This document shows, one piece after another, positions 49,601 through 62,500 of a DNA stretch of 64,000 nt. Below the pieces are notes generated by a model, which saw only the letters and a list, made by a program, of their open reading frames with translations, was not told the DNA's origin and made no database searches. Source of the stretch: Trichoplax adhaerens. Lineage: Eukaryota; Animalia; Placozoa. The position numbers and the translations under genes were made by a program. Numbering within the stretch: the first letter of the stretch is position 1; each line of letters starts with the position of its first letter. The DNA lies in contig NW_002060963.1 of NCBI RefSeq assembly GCF_000150275.1, positions 230,627 to 294,626 on the forward strand, given 5' to 3'.

Positions 49601-51789
49601 CCTGGCCTTGTTTAATTTAAAAACACTTAAGCTTGATTACGTATTTATCCAATGTATTGTATTCATAAGCCAGAGTCTTTTATACAGAAAATGAACATTC
49701 GATTTCAATTATTACTGCCCTTATCTACTTATAGTTCGATTGATAACACCTTATTGAAAGAAATACCTAGAGAGTCTTTTCATCTATTCGAAAACGCAAT
49801 AGTAATGTAAGTAGCTAGTAAAATTTATGACTAAAAATTCTTTAACATTAAAAATACCAGGGAAAGTTAGCCTGTGATGAAATAGTTTTAATCGTACTTT
49901 TATTGATGAGATCAACTCGAAATAAACAGGTGAGGATATCATTTATGGAAAGTAATCCCATACATATCCGCATGATTAACTATATAACATATGCTCGTAT
50001 ACTTGATGTTTGGCAGCATTATAAGTGCGGCTAAATGTAACTATAAATTGAACAACGTATTAATAACTAAAATCTAATACTTTATTGTAAGAAATTATTT
50101 GTTTAATATATTCTCCTAGTGACAGCGATTTGTAATATTTTAAGTCACGAACTAAACAAAGAACTTAATAAGCGTTATTGGACTGAAGATCTGTTAATTT
50201 AACAGCTAACTTTACACACCAGATTATGTCCAATTAAATTATGATGAATAACTTAATGCAATGGTATTATTATTGTTTAGGAAATGCAATTCCGCTAACT
50301 TTTCCAGTGATAACGGAGAATCTTTATCTGTCCTTTCAAACTTGCAAACATTGTAAATATTTCGTTTCTTTCATTCCTATTGTAAATATTTCCTGTATTT
50401 TGGTAGTTAACGCACTACATCAATTGATAATTATAATCGGTATGAAAGGTCCCAAAATTTAAAATTCTGAGTTAAAATTGCATTTACAGCAATAAAATCT
50501 TACATGACGTAACCATAGATGATATATTCCATTTAAACATATTGTAATTCGATTTTATTGATTTAAGAAATTTTAATTTATAATCTACCTCAATTATCAT
50601 ATTACGCAATCAGAATTATTGCTGGAAGTCAAATCCACCCTAACTATACATTTAGTCATCATCTATCATTGACATTTCTGTGAGTAAAATAGTTATATTG
50701 TTTAGGTATTGATAAGACGTGTAATGTAACTTATTATTGGATTGTAGATTATCAGCGATGCTAGTATGATATACTGCAGCGTGGCTTACTAAATTTATTA
50801 TAAGACATATTTCCTAGCTTATAATCATAGATCATAAATGAAGATGCCAGAGTACAGATGGCTATATAAATTAGAGTGTTAAGTCATTATTGATGTTAGA
50901 GATACAAAGAACTGAAATGTAACTCACTTACTAAGACATAGATAGCTCACTGTACTATGGCTTGTAGGAAATGATGCTTGCATAAATACTGTAGCTGCTA
51001 CTATAATAAATTTTAAATAGTCCACCAAGGTATATGTTGCTAATAATAAGATAATACTTGCAAACTAAGGTAGAACGTTGCCATGCTGATTACAGCTTCA
51101 GATGGTACGAAGAATATAAAGTTTGGCAATTTTACATTATTTAGTAGCTCTGTCTGTGTCTTTCTGGTGGTTGCATTTTACTAGAGTAGAGCAGTATTAA
51201 ATATGTTTGTATAAAGATTGAATAAAATTTTAATTTTCTGTAAAGTTTGAAAATTCGTAATCTACGTATTTCATCTGTCAATGATAGTAGTTATTATCTA
51301 CGAGCTAATATATGACAGAACTAGACAATAGACATTATATCAATTATAAATGAATTTTAAATTATTTTCTTCTTTCCTAGAATGATAAACAACTTGATGA
51401 CTCGAAATTTTATAATCAGAAGAGAAATATTTCAAGGCTTGATTAAGTTAAAATACTTGTGAGTATCAGAATTACGCTGAATGCAAAGTTTGACTATTAC
51501 TAATATTGATATTGCTGGCATAATCTGTAACATAGATACCTTAGTTTTAACTATATTCAAGCACTCAAGAATGATAGCTTCCCTTCTCTTCCTTCTCTTT
51601 ATGAATTGTACGTGCAGTATTCATTTTATTTTTTAATATTGATAAGTATTAATTGGATCACAAATATATTAAATTAATATTTGATATTTGAATTTTACGC
51701 TTGTGCTTGTTTCGTAGGCAATTGAAAGCTAATAATATTTCTACAATCGAACCGTACAGCTTTATTGGATTATCAAATTTAAGAAAATT
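40631..51789 (+). CDS. Large extracellular-type leucine-rich-repeat region (~23 single-LRR exons), probably the ectodomain of an LGR-like receptor; both ends hidden by gaps, possibly pseudogenic
   Basis: AG-exon-GT cassettes, mostly 72 nt and all phase 2/2. Examples: 40631-40702 YLGQNPLGIIQAGTFKHLTKLQIL; 40831-40902; 41043-41114; 41465-41542; 41937-42008; 42397-42468; 42582-42653 NLESNKINFLSNYTFYGLNKLRFL; 42936-43007; 43153-43224; ~44086; ~44578; ~44872 DLSANQISVLSNKTFSALSYLKTL; ~45254; ~45679; ~46743; ~47124; ~48562; ~49736; ~50281; ~50614; ~51381; ~51536; 51718-51789 QLKANNISTIEPYSFIGLSNLRKL. Confidence 0.85.
43257..43790. repeat. Dispersed intronic repeat, copy 1 (~530 bp)
   Basis: Colinear with 50740-51255. 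Shared blocks: gattgtagatta, ctgcagcgt..cttactaaatttattataag, tgtaactca, gtaggaaatgat, gcataaatac, tatatgttgcta, gaagaatata, ctagagtagagc, gtttgtataaagat, tttgaaaatt. Confidence 0.85.
50740..51255. repeat. Dispersed intronic repeat, copy 2 (~515 bp)
   Basis: Same orientation and shared blocks as 43257-43790; clearly diverged. Confidence 0.85.
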
Positions 51790-52409
51790 GTAAGCCACGT
51801 TAAATTTACATGCGAATATTTTACTATTCAAAAGAATTTAAAGATTCAAAAATGGTGTGCAGCAAATTAAATACTTGAATACGTAGGAGTCATCAAACGT
51901 ATAATAGTATTATGTATATATATAGTGCATAGTACAACTGCAAGTGAGCCATTTAATTATACTAGCCTCAATTAACTTTTACTTTATTAAGTCATACAGT
52001 TCTTCGCTGAATATTACTGTATTCCCTAACACATAATTACTGTATTTAGCTGAAATGATTATATAAAATATATACGTACATTCCATAAACTGACCATAGC
52101 TTATTTATGAATAGATGATTGTTACGGTGATAGATACCGTTAAGTAATAGTTTACTGTATTGATTGTTATAAATAGTTATCATTAGGGTTCCAGATCAGC
52201 TCATATAATGTGTTAATTATATATTATCGGTCGGCTGTTTAAATGAATAATTCTGCTTACGTTAAAAATGGCTGTAACCTTTGAGTTATGTTTAGCTTAG
52301 TCTGTGTAGTTGACGCATAATAATAGTAGAAATAGATTACTATCTGTTTTGATGATAGTTTCGATACGTACATTATTAGCCTAGGATGATGCGAGCGTTG
52401 TATAATGAT

Positions 52410-52459
52410 NNNNNNNNNNNNNNNNNNNNNNNNNNNNNNNNNNNNNNNNNNNNNNNNNN
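52410..52459. other. Assembly gap (50 N)
   Basis: Run of n. Confidence 0.99.
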
Positions 52460-53725
52460 TAGTTCGTAATTTTGAAATATAATATCGATTTCTAGTTTTA
52501 GAGAATTTTTGTAGATTTACTTAGCTTCAAGAGACAATCATAGGAACATTTAGTTATATTTATTATCTAGTACGTGGTAATTGTACATTCCAATAAGTAC
52601 CAAAATAAAGTGAGAGTGGACATATGGAAAATAGTATTAAAACGTAATACTTTTATCAATAAATTCCATAACTTCAGTTTTAAAGCTCTGCATAAAAATT
52701 TTGCTTATGTAATTTCGATGTCTCACTCTTGAACCGTATGTGCCGGTAGAGTTTCGAATGGAACATACACATACTAAGAACTTTACCTGCCGCTGTTACA
52801 TTTTTAGAGTCTTCTACTTTGCAATAGTACTAATATCAGAATCACAACAGTTACAAGTCTTCAATTCTATTATTCATTCTAAATATGTCACCTTAGTTTC
52901 TACCTCATCTTGTTTAAATAGTAAAGTCTGCGGCTACAACATTGTAACGCTTACTACATGGAGTGAGTTGTGTTAGGAAGTCGAAATTTCCTAACTGATT
53001 TACTATGCTTAATCATTAATATAATTTATAGTGTCTCTATCATAGACTACTCAAGAAAGACTTTAAAAAAGCCGTTTCTAGTAATCCATGTCTGCATGCT
53101 TATTTGATGACTAAATGGAGACATCTATTTCTGCTTTGAAACTATCATCTTTGAGCTTAGTTTTAGACGGCTGTCCTAATTTATACTTTGCGACAAAAAA
53201 AGTTAAAGCGAGTGTCTACTAGTCACTACTGACTAAAATACACTCTTTTACTACACATTAAATACAGTCAGCAAAGTATCGTAAAAATAGAACTTTTGTT
53301 AGTTGGAAGCAACTGCAGCTTTTCACGTACACTACTAAACTCAAAATGTTCCTGTTTATTTGGGAACCGTCTAACTTGCAAATAATAAGTACTATTATTA
53401 TTACATCATTAAAGCTGGACCCACGGCAAAATAATAGAATATTATAATATTATTATAATAATCATTATTACATAAGAGAAATAAATAGCAAATAAGAAAG
53501 ACCGTCAGGAGAGACATCTCGGACTGAGATGTTCCTCATTATATAGCTTTTCTATTAATAAATTTTTTTAACCTATTGCTCATACTTGATCTTAATCTAA
53601 GAATGTATGTCATCTAGCTCAACTATCATTAGCTAGAACTCAAATCGTCTTGCTGCCACTATCGACTCGTAATAACGTTCGATGTCAAATATGTAATAAA
53701 TTATCACGAGTAATATCTCGTTAAG

Positions 53726-54046
53726 GCATTACTTACCTTAACTAGCACTACTAATATGGATATTTTCCATATTAGCTACTACCGTGCTATTCAATTATCT
53801 TAACGGCAAGGTACCACCGCAACAATAGCACATCTAACACAATGAATATCCGGTTTTAAAATATAGTAATAATGGATATTGTAGTAAGCATTACTTACCT
53901 TACCTAGCACTACAACTATGGATGTTTCCATATTAGCTACTACTGTACTATTCAAATTATCTTAACGGTAAGGTACCGCCGCAACAATAGCACATCTAAC
54001 ACAATGAATGTCCTGTTTAAGACATGGTGATAATTGATATTGTAGA
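53726..54046. repeat. Tandem duplication, 162-bp unit, 2 copies
   Basis: gcattacttacctta.ctagcactac...ccatattagctactac...aaggtacc.ccgcaacaatagcacatctaacacaatgaat...gatattgtag starts at 53726 and 53888. Confidence 0.92.
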
Positions 54047-56517
54047 TATGTTAATATAATCTACTTGTAAATTGTAGTAAGTATACGAGCATATTGTAAA
54101 TAGAAAAAAAGAAAGAGAAATAAATTCATTCTTTTCTACGCATCTTCTGTTAAGTCTGCATTCTAGTAGACTTTACTACTGAGGTAGATGATTAGCGAAT
54201 TTTCTACAAAGTATAGTGAAGCTACTTGAATAGAGGCGCTTAACGTTACGATTACTTATAGTGCTTACAGTATCTATTCAATATTGGAACAGCCGTAAAA
54301 TTTTTCATTGTGAAAGAAGGTTTCTTGTGTTGCATTTGTGGTTGGAATATATGATCATCGTAATTTTATTACTGACGTCTTGCTATTATTTCCAACGAAA
54401 TGTAGAATAAATTAACATATTCTTAATTATTGTATACCTAATGTGACAAATTGGCCTCAAGTACAATTAGGTAATGTATAAAACTTAAATTTTGTTCTGT
54501 AAACATGTTAATATTATATAATAACCTACGGCATAGCTCATCATATGGATATAAGTAAGACTATTAATATTCGACTCTTGACGTTATCTTACTAAAATAT
54601 AATTAAATTTTATCCGGATCTACATCTTATTAAGAAGTATACTAGTATTTGAATTAGCTTTGATTATAATCGTTACTGTAAAAACACTGTGACAATAGCC
54701 TTCCGCCAGCTGTAATATAATCTCATGCTTAGTCATAAATCACCATAACGCCAACATCTTTAACTTTGACTTAATCTTTTATCTGATTCCGATGAAATTA
54801 AATTAGAATTAGAACTATTGTGGTCTTTTAATAATAACAGTTGCACCACCTTGTTCAGTTATGTCCATGTTGAGATCATATCATGACGTCGCTTTGGTGA
54901 GAACTTACTCGTAATTGTTATATTGTAGTTGCGGAATAGCTTCACTGTATATAGTGAGCCACTTTTCTTGGAATATTAATTAATATTATATCAGAATTGT
55001 GTCTACGGTTATCTAGATTTATTTTAAAACTTTCTTTGAAAATGAAACTGTTAATATAGTACAATTTGCCAATGTTTTCAACACGATATTTTTCGTCAGC
55101 TTTAAATTTGTTTTTTTCTTTTAGTTTATTTACGACAGTAACTTTAGGATTCAATTTCCACATCAGCCTAAATCATATTTCATACTATTGTTTTACAAAT
55201 TATAGATGCAAAGCTTGGGAAAGTCAATAAAGCAATTTAATAAAGCCTAACAAACAGTGAGATATTGTTCTATAGTCTCCGAATCTTGAACCTGATTTCT
55301 TTAACTCTATACATTACTACAATTACTCCTTTCGTATGGAATTTTCTGCAAATACAAAGAATGTAAGAGCAACATGAACACAACTGTATTCATTAAGATC
55401 CATTAGCTATAGTTACAATAAAATTTACTATGCTAGACAACTGATCTGTATGAGACTAAATCAATAATGACATTATACAATATTTTCAAAATATTTCAAT
55501 GATTGAATACTACAATAGAAATTGTCGAAATCTGATATATTAGTAAAATATAATTGTGATGACAGAATAAATTTCGTATTGAATGTCCACTGCAACCATT
55601 TGCAAGTTCATGATTGAGATAGAATTAGTACCTAAAAATGAGGTAAACAATTAATCTTGTTACTTTTCATAATGCGATAATTTTCTAATATACTGTTAAA
55701 AAACTGTGATTATGGAGCTACACTAGACAGTATTAGTAAATTTTATTGTTATTATCTGTACTAGTGCCGTAATTAAAAAAGTAATGGGAGTTTAATGAAT
55801 ATTTTCAAAACCAAAGTAAATTTGGTCTAGACATTCGTATAGAGTATATCCGCTAATCAGGGATATAATACTCGCTTTGAGATATCGGACTTGATTGTTT
55901 ATGGCTTTTTTTAGTCATGGAAACGATCCATTGTTACTACAAGCTGTTTATATATTCCTGTTCTGATACTCAGGGTGAATGATAAACATCATTAAATGGT
56001 AACAATCCGTTAAATAATTTAAAAGTTTTAATTTCTTAAGCTTAAGGATGATTTTGCTTAATCTAGTGAAAAAGTGGCTAATATGATACAAGAGCTTACT
56101 GAGCCGATTAAATCCATACACGATGATAATCTTTTCACTATATTAAATATCATAATATTAGTCTGGTAGAAAACTGGTTTAATAATTGATTATGATTTAA
56201 TGTATTGTGTTTAACAGCTTGACATTTTATAGATTGCTTCATTTACCGTCTCAAAATTTGTTATATACTGGATGCTAGTGTTAAAGATTATTTCTTCTGT
56301 CTAGATGTCGTAAAATTTATAATGACTGGAAGTCGAAAAAAAATAAACAAAAGCATTATAATTAAGAACATCGAATTGTCTAAATTTTAGCTATTAAAAA
56401 TGTTCTGTTAATTTGAGGTTGTCATAACTTACGTTAGGGGGTATAAATATACAGCTACGCCGTTCAAATTTTCTCATTCAATTTTCTTTGAGTGACTCGA
56501 TCTTTCTGATCATCAGA

Positions 56518-59500
56518 ATGGTAAAAATTATTCTGGAATACATACCCTTGTATTTGATTCTATGTTGCACATTAAATAGGCTTGCAGGTGGGATGACAAC
56601 ATATACGAGTATATCCTTATGATTAATAACGTTTTTAATATCATAGTTATGTCCTTATGATTGTTGATAGTTTTTAAACGATATCATCTGGAAAATGCCA
56701 AAGACTACTGATATTTTTGTTGTAATTTCACATTACGTAACTTGATATACTGTAAATACCAAGTCAATGTAGAATATATGTATAGTTTATAGATATAACC
56801 AAGCTATAATATCTTTTGGTAGTTTTGGAAGGCCTTCAATGTGGTAGCTCATCGCAACAAATTCCATCCGGTAAATTCTGCGACTGCAAGACCGATTGCC
56901 ATAATGGACAAGATGAAAGAGATTGTAGTACGTATCGTACTTTATATAAACTTAAGTATTATCATTTACATTATTAATCTTCGACCTCTAGTACTGACAA
57001 ATTGAAGCATGAGCTATCGTATCCCTCGAATCTGCAATTGAGCGTAGGCTTTGTAGCTACAATTAATATAAGTTACAGGTGAAATTAAGGTGGCTAAATA
57101 AAAGCTAACGATTAATCTTGTATCCTACAGTACTGTATAAGAAAGTTGCGGTTCTTGTAAAAAGTTGAGGTATACGATAGCTTTATTACTAGTTCTAGGG
57201 GTGCTTTAATTGATTACAGAGCAGTTCAATCGTGTTTATCTGTATCTCAGATACTGTAAGAAGTATCCAATCAATTTGTAAATTTTCTTATCGTAATTTA
57301 CTGCAGTCATTCTATACTAGTAGTACTAATGTATAGATTTAAGATTTTATTATTATTACTAGTACATGTATCTCGATCATGGTAAGCACTGTGCTCTATC
57401 TATTAAGAATAGTATACAAAACAATTTCATGGTTTCGTTTTATTACAGTGCTTATTCTGAACATATTGAGATTTAAATGTTGCACTACTGTTATATATGG
57501 AGCAATTACATATACAGCATACTGTAAAGTAGTATTATACATGATAACTAGAAATTAAATGAGCTCGAATGTTACAATAACGTTGTTTCAGAAAGCAGTT
57601 TATAATTCTAGTTGTAGTAAGCTATACTTTGGTGTTACATTTTACTGCGTATGTATTACAGGGCACTGCTACAGTAATATCAGCAATGAAAATAGAAATC
57701 TGGGGTTCTGTGATGAAAATATTTACTACACTTGACAGATTGTTATGCAATTATTTTACACGTTTACGGGTATATTAAGCTTATTAAATCTTATTAAGAT
57801 AGGATATCATCGAATCATAGCTTTGTATGATAAGTGATCAATATTCTCGCTATTAAAGAGAGTAAAATGTAAGGTATCATCAATTTACATAGTCTGACAC
57901 AATCTTAATTACATTACATTACTTACATGATAATAATTAGATTCAGCTTCAATTGGAATAAACTGGTGAAAAGCACCATTAATTTCAACTTTCTTCATGC
58001 ATTACATTTCCATAACTAAAAATTATTTAACTATAATTATAAATCGAGGTTAGTAACGAGAAAAATTAAACTGGCTTGTGTCGCAAAACAGCTTAGCAAC
58101 AAAATAACGTAATGTGCGATCAATAAGTCAATTCCTTGAACCACGTATCGAGGAACGATATTTCTACAATCAGGAACACTTTTGCTCTACTAGCAGACTA
58201 CTCAAAGACTTAGACGCCTCGTATTTTACGTTAAACGCTAAGTTTAAAAATTAACTTTATTACACGATATACTGCATTTATGTACTCTTCCTCAATAGTT
58301 CATGAGCCATAGTTAGTACGATTAACTTTGGAATCATTCACTGAATTAGACATTAATTTTATCTACTGTTCCTTTATGCAGATAACAGTATTTACGAACA
58401 TAGACATCTGATAACTAATACAGAATCGTCAGATTGCGATGTCCTATCACGAGACATTTCGACGATAATTTACAATCTACCATAAGTAAATTACAATCAC
58501 AACGATTCGAACTGNNNNNNNNNNNNNNNNNNNNNNNNNNNNNNNNNNNNNNNNNNNNNNNNNNAAATTTTACTTACAATCTAATATCAATTACCTCATA
58601 TTAATTGCAATTTTTACTAACATTTTAAAGTATATTCTAATAATACATAGGGATCTTGGTTCGAATCTGTTTAAAAAATTCCAAGATTTAAGAACTAATT
58701 ACACTACACCTGCATTCAAGTATCTTCGATCAATGTAAGTGAGATAATAGAAAATTTATAAGAAATAGTGTATTAATTCATAACGGAATCTAAATATCTT
58801 TTATTCTTAGTTATTTTAATAAATAGAAATTTTATTGAAATTATTATCTCATTTAAATAAGCGTAAGAGGTATTCTATTGTATTTTTGTTACGATAGAAA
58901 ATTCAGCGGGAGTTTTTACTCTATGGATAATATGAGATACTTCGCTAATAAATTTCTAGAACAACTGTAAGTTGTATGATAGCCAGTAATATATCTTCAT
59001 TGGTTTCATTAGGCAAAAAAACACTTCAGTTACAAGTATATAATAAGATCAGTCCTACCTTATATTATCGTTTAGTACGGTTTATAATAGTTCATTATCA
59101 TAATTTCGATCATAGTTCTATAAAGGATATTTTTATATCGCTATGGCAACATTTATTTTCTACATATGTAGCGAGTGCAATAAATGCGATATTCGGAAAC
59201 TGCAAAAATCTCATTTTACCGGAGTACAGGGCCTAAAATGGATGTAATTACCAATTAAATACTTATAATTCAAGTGGCTAGCAAGATATTACAACTATAA
59301 TTTTGAAATCTGTTTAGTTAATCCACTTTTAACAGCTGTGACATAGGGTAATTTAAATTAACGTTTGCTGTTACAATGTTATATACACAGACATATAAGA
59401 AGCAACTTAATTCAATCGTTACCGGAGAAATTTTTCTATGATATGAAGCAAGTACGATACATGTAAGGGTATTTATTGTGATGTTTCGGAAGGTTAAGAG

Positions 59501-62500
59501 TTCGGTATTAGTCGCAATAAAGTACAATAGAATAGTTAACGGAAGAGTAACCTTTATTGAGCTAGTGTAAGAGAATAATCGTGTAAGATTATCGTGCGAG
59601 TAACGACGTGACTAGTCGAATAACTATAGTAGTATAGAATAGGTAAAGCGTGTAAGTTTACTGTGTAACTATCAGAACTAACTAACGAGATAGATGGAAG
59701 AAGATAGCTTTCATAATGTTAGGAGCACAGCCGGAGGAAACTATTTATAGGCGCGAATGATTCATGAAAATAGGTTACTTCTATGTTAAGCCAGTGCTAC
59801 GGTATAAGTTAGCTAGGGTACAAGATATTTCCGCAGAATAAATTCTTAAATATAGATCATACATATTTAGAGTTATGTTACAGTCTTAAAGTTATGCTAC
59901 AGTCTAGTGAAAACTAATACTTTTACTAAAAATAGGCTATACCGTATTTAGAAGTAAACATTACATTTATCTTAAACTAATGCTAAAGGAATTTAGACTT
60001 TAAAACTTTACATTACATTTTCACAAAACTGATTCAATGAAAAAATGTTAGGAACCTAGTAGCGCATAATATTAATCATAATCTAATCTTATTATTCGTG
60101 AAATAGAAATATGTTATTAATATTTATCACAATATTGGACTTAATCCGGACATTTATAATTAAATGTGCATTTAATGTTACCTTAGAGATCTGACACTTA
60201 ATGGATTAACATATTTTGACTTTACTTCACTGGAGGGCCTGCCAAATCTGTTGCGAGTGTTGGTATTAAAATCATGTATAGAACTCAGTAAATAATCTAT
60301 TTATAGTTATAGTAGCCTATAAATCAATAGCTATTTGCTATATTTTGTGATAATACTATATATTTTACGATTTTGAACACCGGTACCTAATAAAAATAGA
60401 AATAATTTGCATTCAGTAACAAAGTACCTTTGCTCAGCTAATGTTTAGCTTAAATAAATAGATCACTACTACATTGATGCCTACTTTAAATTAATAATTA
60501 TATAATCGAGCTTTCAAATGTGAAAAATACAATAAAATAATTTAAGCCTTTATTACAGTTTTTTAGGATATAATTATCTAACTACGTTCAAAAATACTGC
60601 GCCAGCGAATTCAGTAATAGCGATTGAAAAACTGTGAGTAAATACAGGAATATTGTTATTAAATAAGAATTTTAATGTAAATAGAATATATTCTGCTCTA
60701 ATGTAGTATATGATATCGCCTGAGCTTTCATTATCATGTATTCGATTTTATTCCTAACAAATCTTTAGCTATGCCCCGGACAACTTTTTGACACATTTAG
60801 AATCAGATTTATTTTTTAATTTCCCATATTTGTATTACCTGTAAGTAGCTTTTGTTTTATAATACATGCAATGTTATGATTCCCTGACTAGAAGTGTTAT
60901 GCTGATTGCATTATCGATAATAACATGCGATTTGAATTAATTCTATATCTTTAAACTAGTTTCATACCTAATAATCGACTACATGCCTTACCTGATCATT
61001 TATGTAATGGTACACAGTTGAAAATGTTGTAAGTTAAAAATATAAACTTTAAGAAAATAAATTAGCTACCAAGCCTATCAATGTATACTTTAATGATTTC
61101 ATGTTACCTTTAATTACAATGATTTAAGAGATGTTAGTGGAAATTTAATCAGAAAAATCAATCGTCTACAGTTTACAGCCTGCAATTATTTGAAAACAAT
61201 GTACGTATTATTGTTGATATCGTTATATAACTGCAAATTGTAATGCTATAAACAAAGTTAATGACTAGAGCTCGGAAAGCTCGTAAGATGCTCTGGCTAA
61301 TACGTATTGTATTAAATATCTAGCTTGATATATGGTAAAACTATCATTACCTAAATAAGAAATCCGTCTTAGCTTAACTTATGTTCATTATAAGAGTTCC
61401 TCAATAATATCGGACGATATTAACCATCCAGTGTAACATGAATGAGAGTCTGATTCTCTCCGAGAACTGCCGAAGCCTGACCTATAGAAAATTAGACTAA
61501 AAAACTGTAGTCACAAATCACTAAATGTATTTGTATCGTTACATGTGTGGCTGCTTCTATCTTACAACATTTACAAAGAGTATACAAAACGTTATATTAA
61601 ATATGCAAAATAATGATTTTTGAATCATAAGAAGTGATTACATAGGGACATTTATCGAATATAGACTCTTATCCGTATAGCTCTTTTTAAATACACTCTT
61701 TTCTAGTGGCTTACATTTTTTATAAATACTATATTGGATTTCTTCAAAGTGTATATCTATGAGATAATTTTAACGTAAATAACGTCACTACCGAAACAAA
61801 TCTTATTTACAATGAAAAGTGTTATAGTTTCTTAGGGTTTAAATTAGGTCACTCTAGGACGTACTTTAGATAAATTAAATGAAGTTCGAATTTTGAATAT
61901 AAATGATTTCTAAACGAGTGAAGCGAAAATATATAGTTACTTAATTTATTACATAAAAAATATTCGTGCTGGATAGACAACCAAAATTTGAGTAAATGAT
62001 TGCTAAGTATACAATAGGCATTTCCCGAATTTACTAGGCATTTCACAAATTCACTAGTCTTTGTACTTACATGTTGATGATTGCATTAGCAAATAAAACA
62101 TATTTTCTAATGTCTTTTAGAAATCTATCAGGAAACAAGATTACTACCATCGAGACGAATACCTTTATCGATGTAAAGGCATTAAAAGAAATGTATGCCA
62201 TTGTAATAAATTACTTAATACTTAAAACCAAAGTAGAGTCGCTAATGTTGGTCACATTTATGAATTTCTTAATTTAGCCGACTAAATAACAACTCTATAG
62301 ATCGTATTCCACTTCACACATTCTCTTCATCTTCACCATTAACCATCGCGTAAGTATTTAAAATATCTGTTTATATCTACTCCCAGTGCTTGTTAAATAT
62401 TCGGAGGTATAGTCCATAACCTGATGTTATTTATGTGGTTCGTAATACTGCTTGAGTCAAAAAATAAACCTCGTATAATATGTAGATAACGTAAAGTTTA

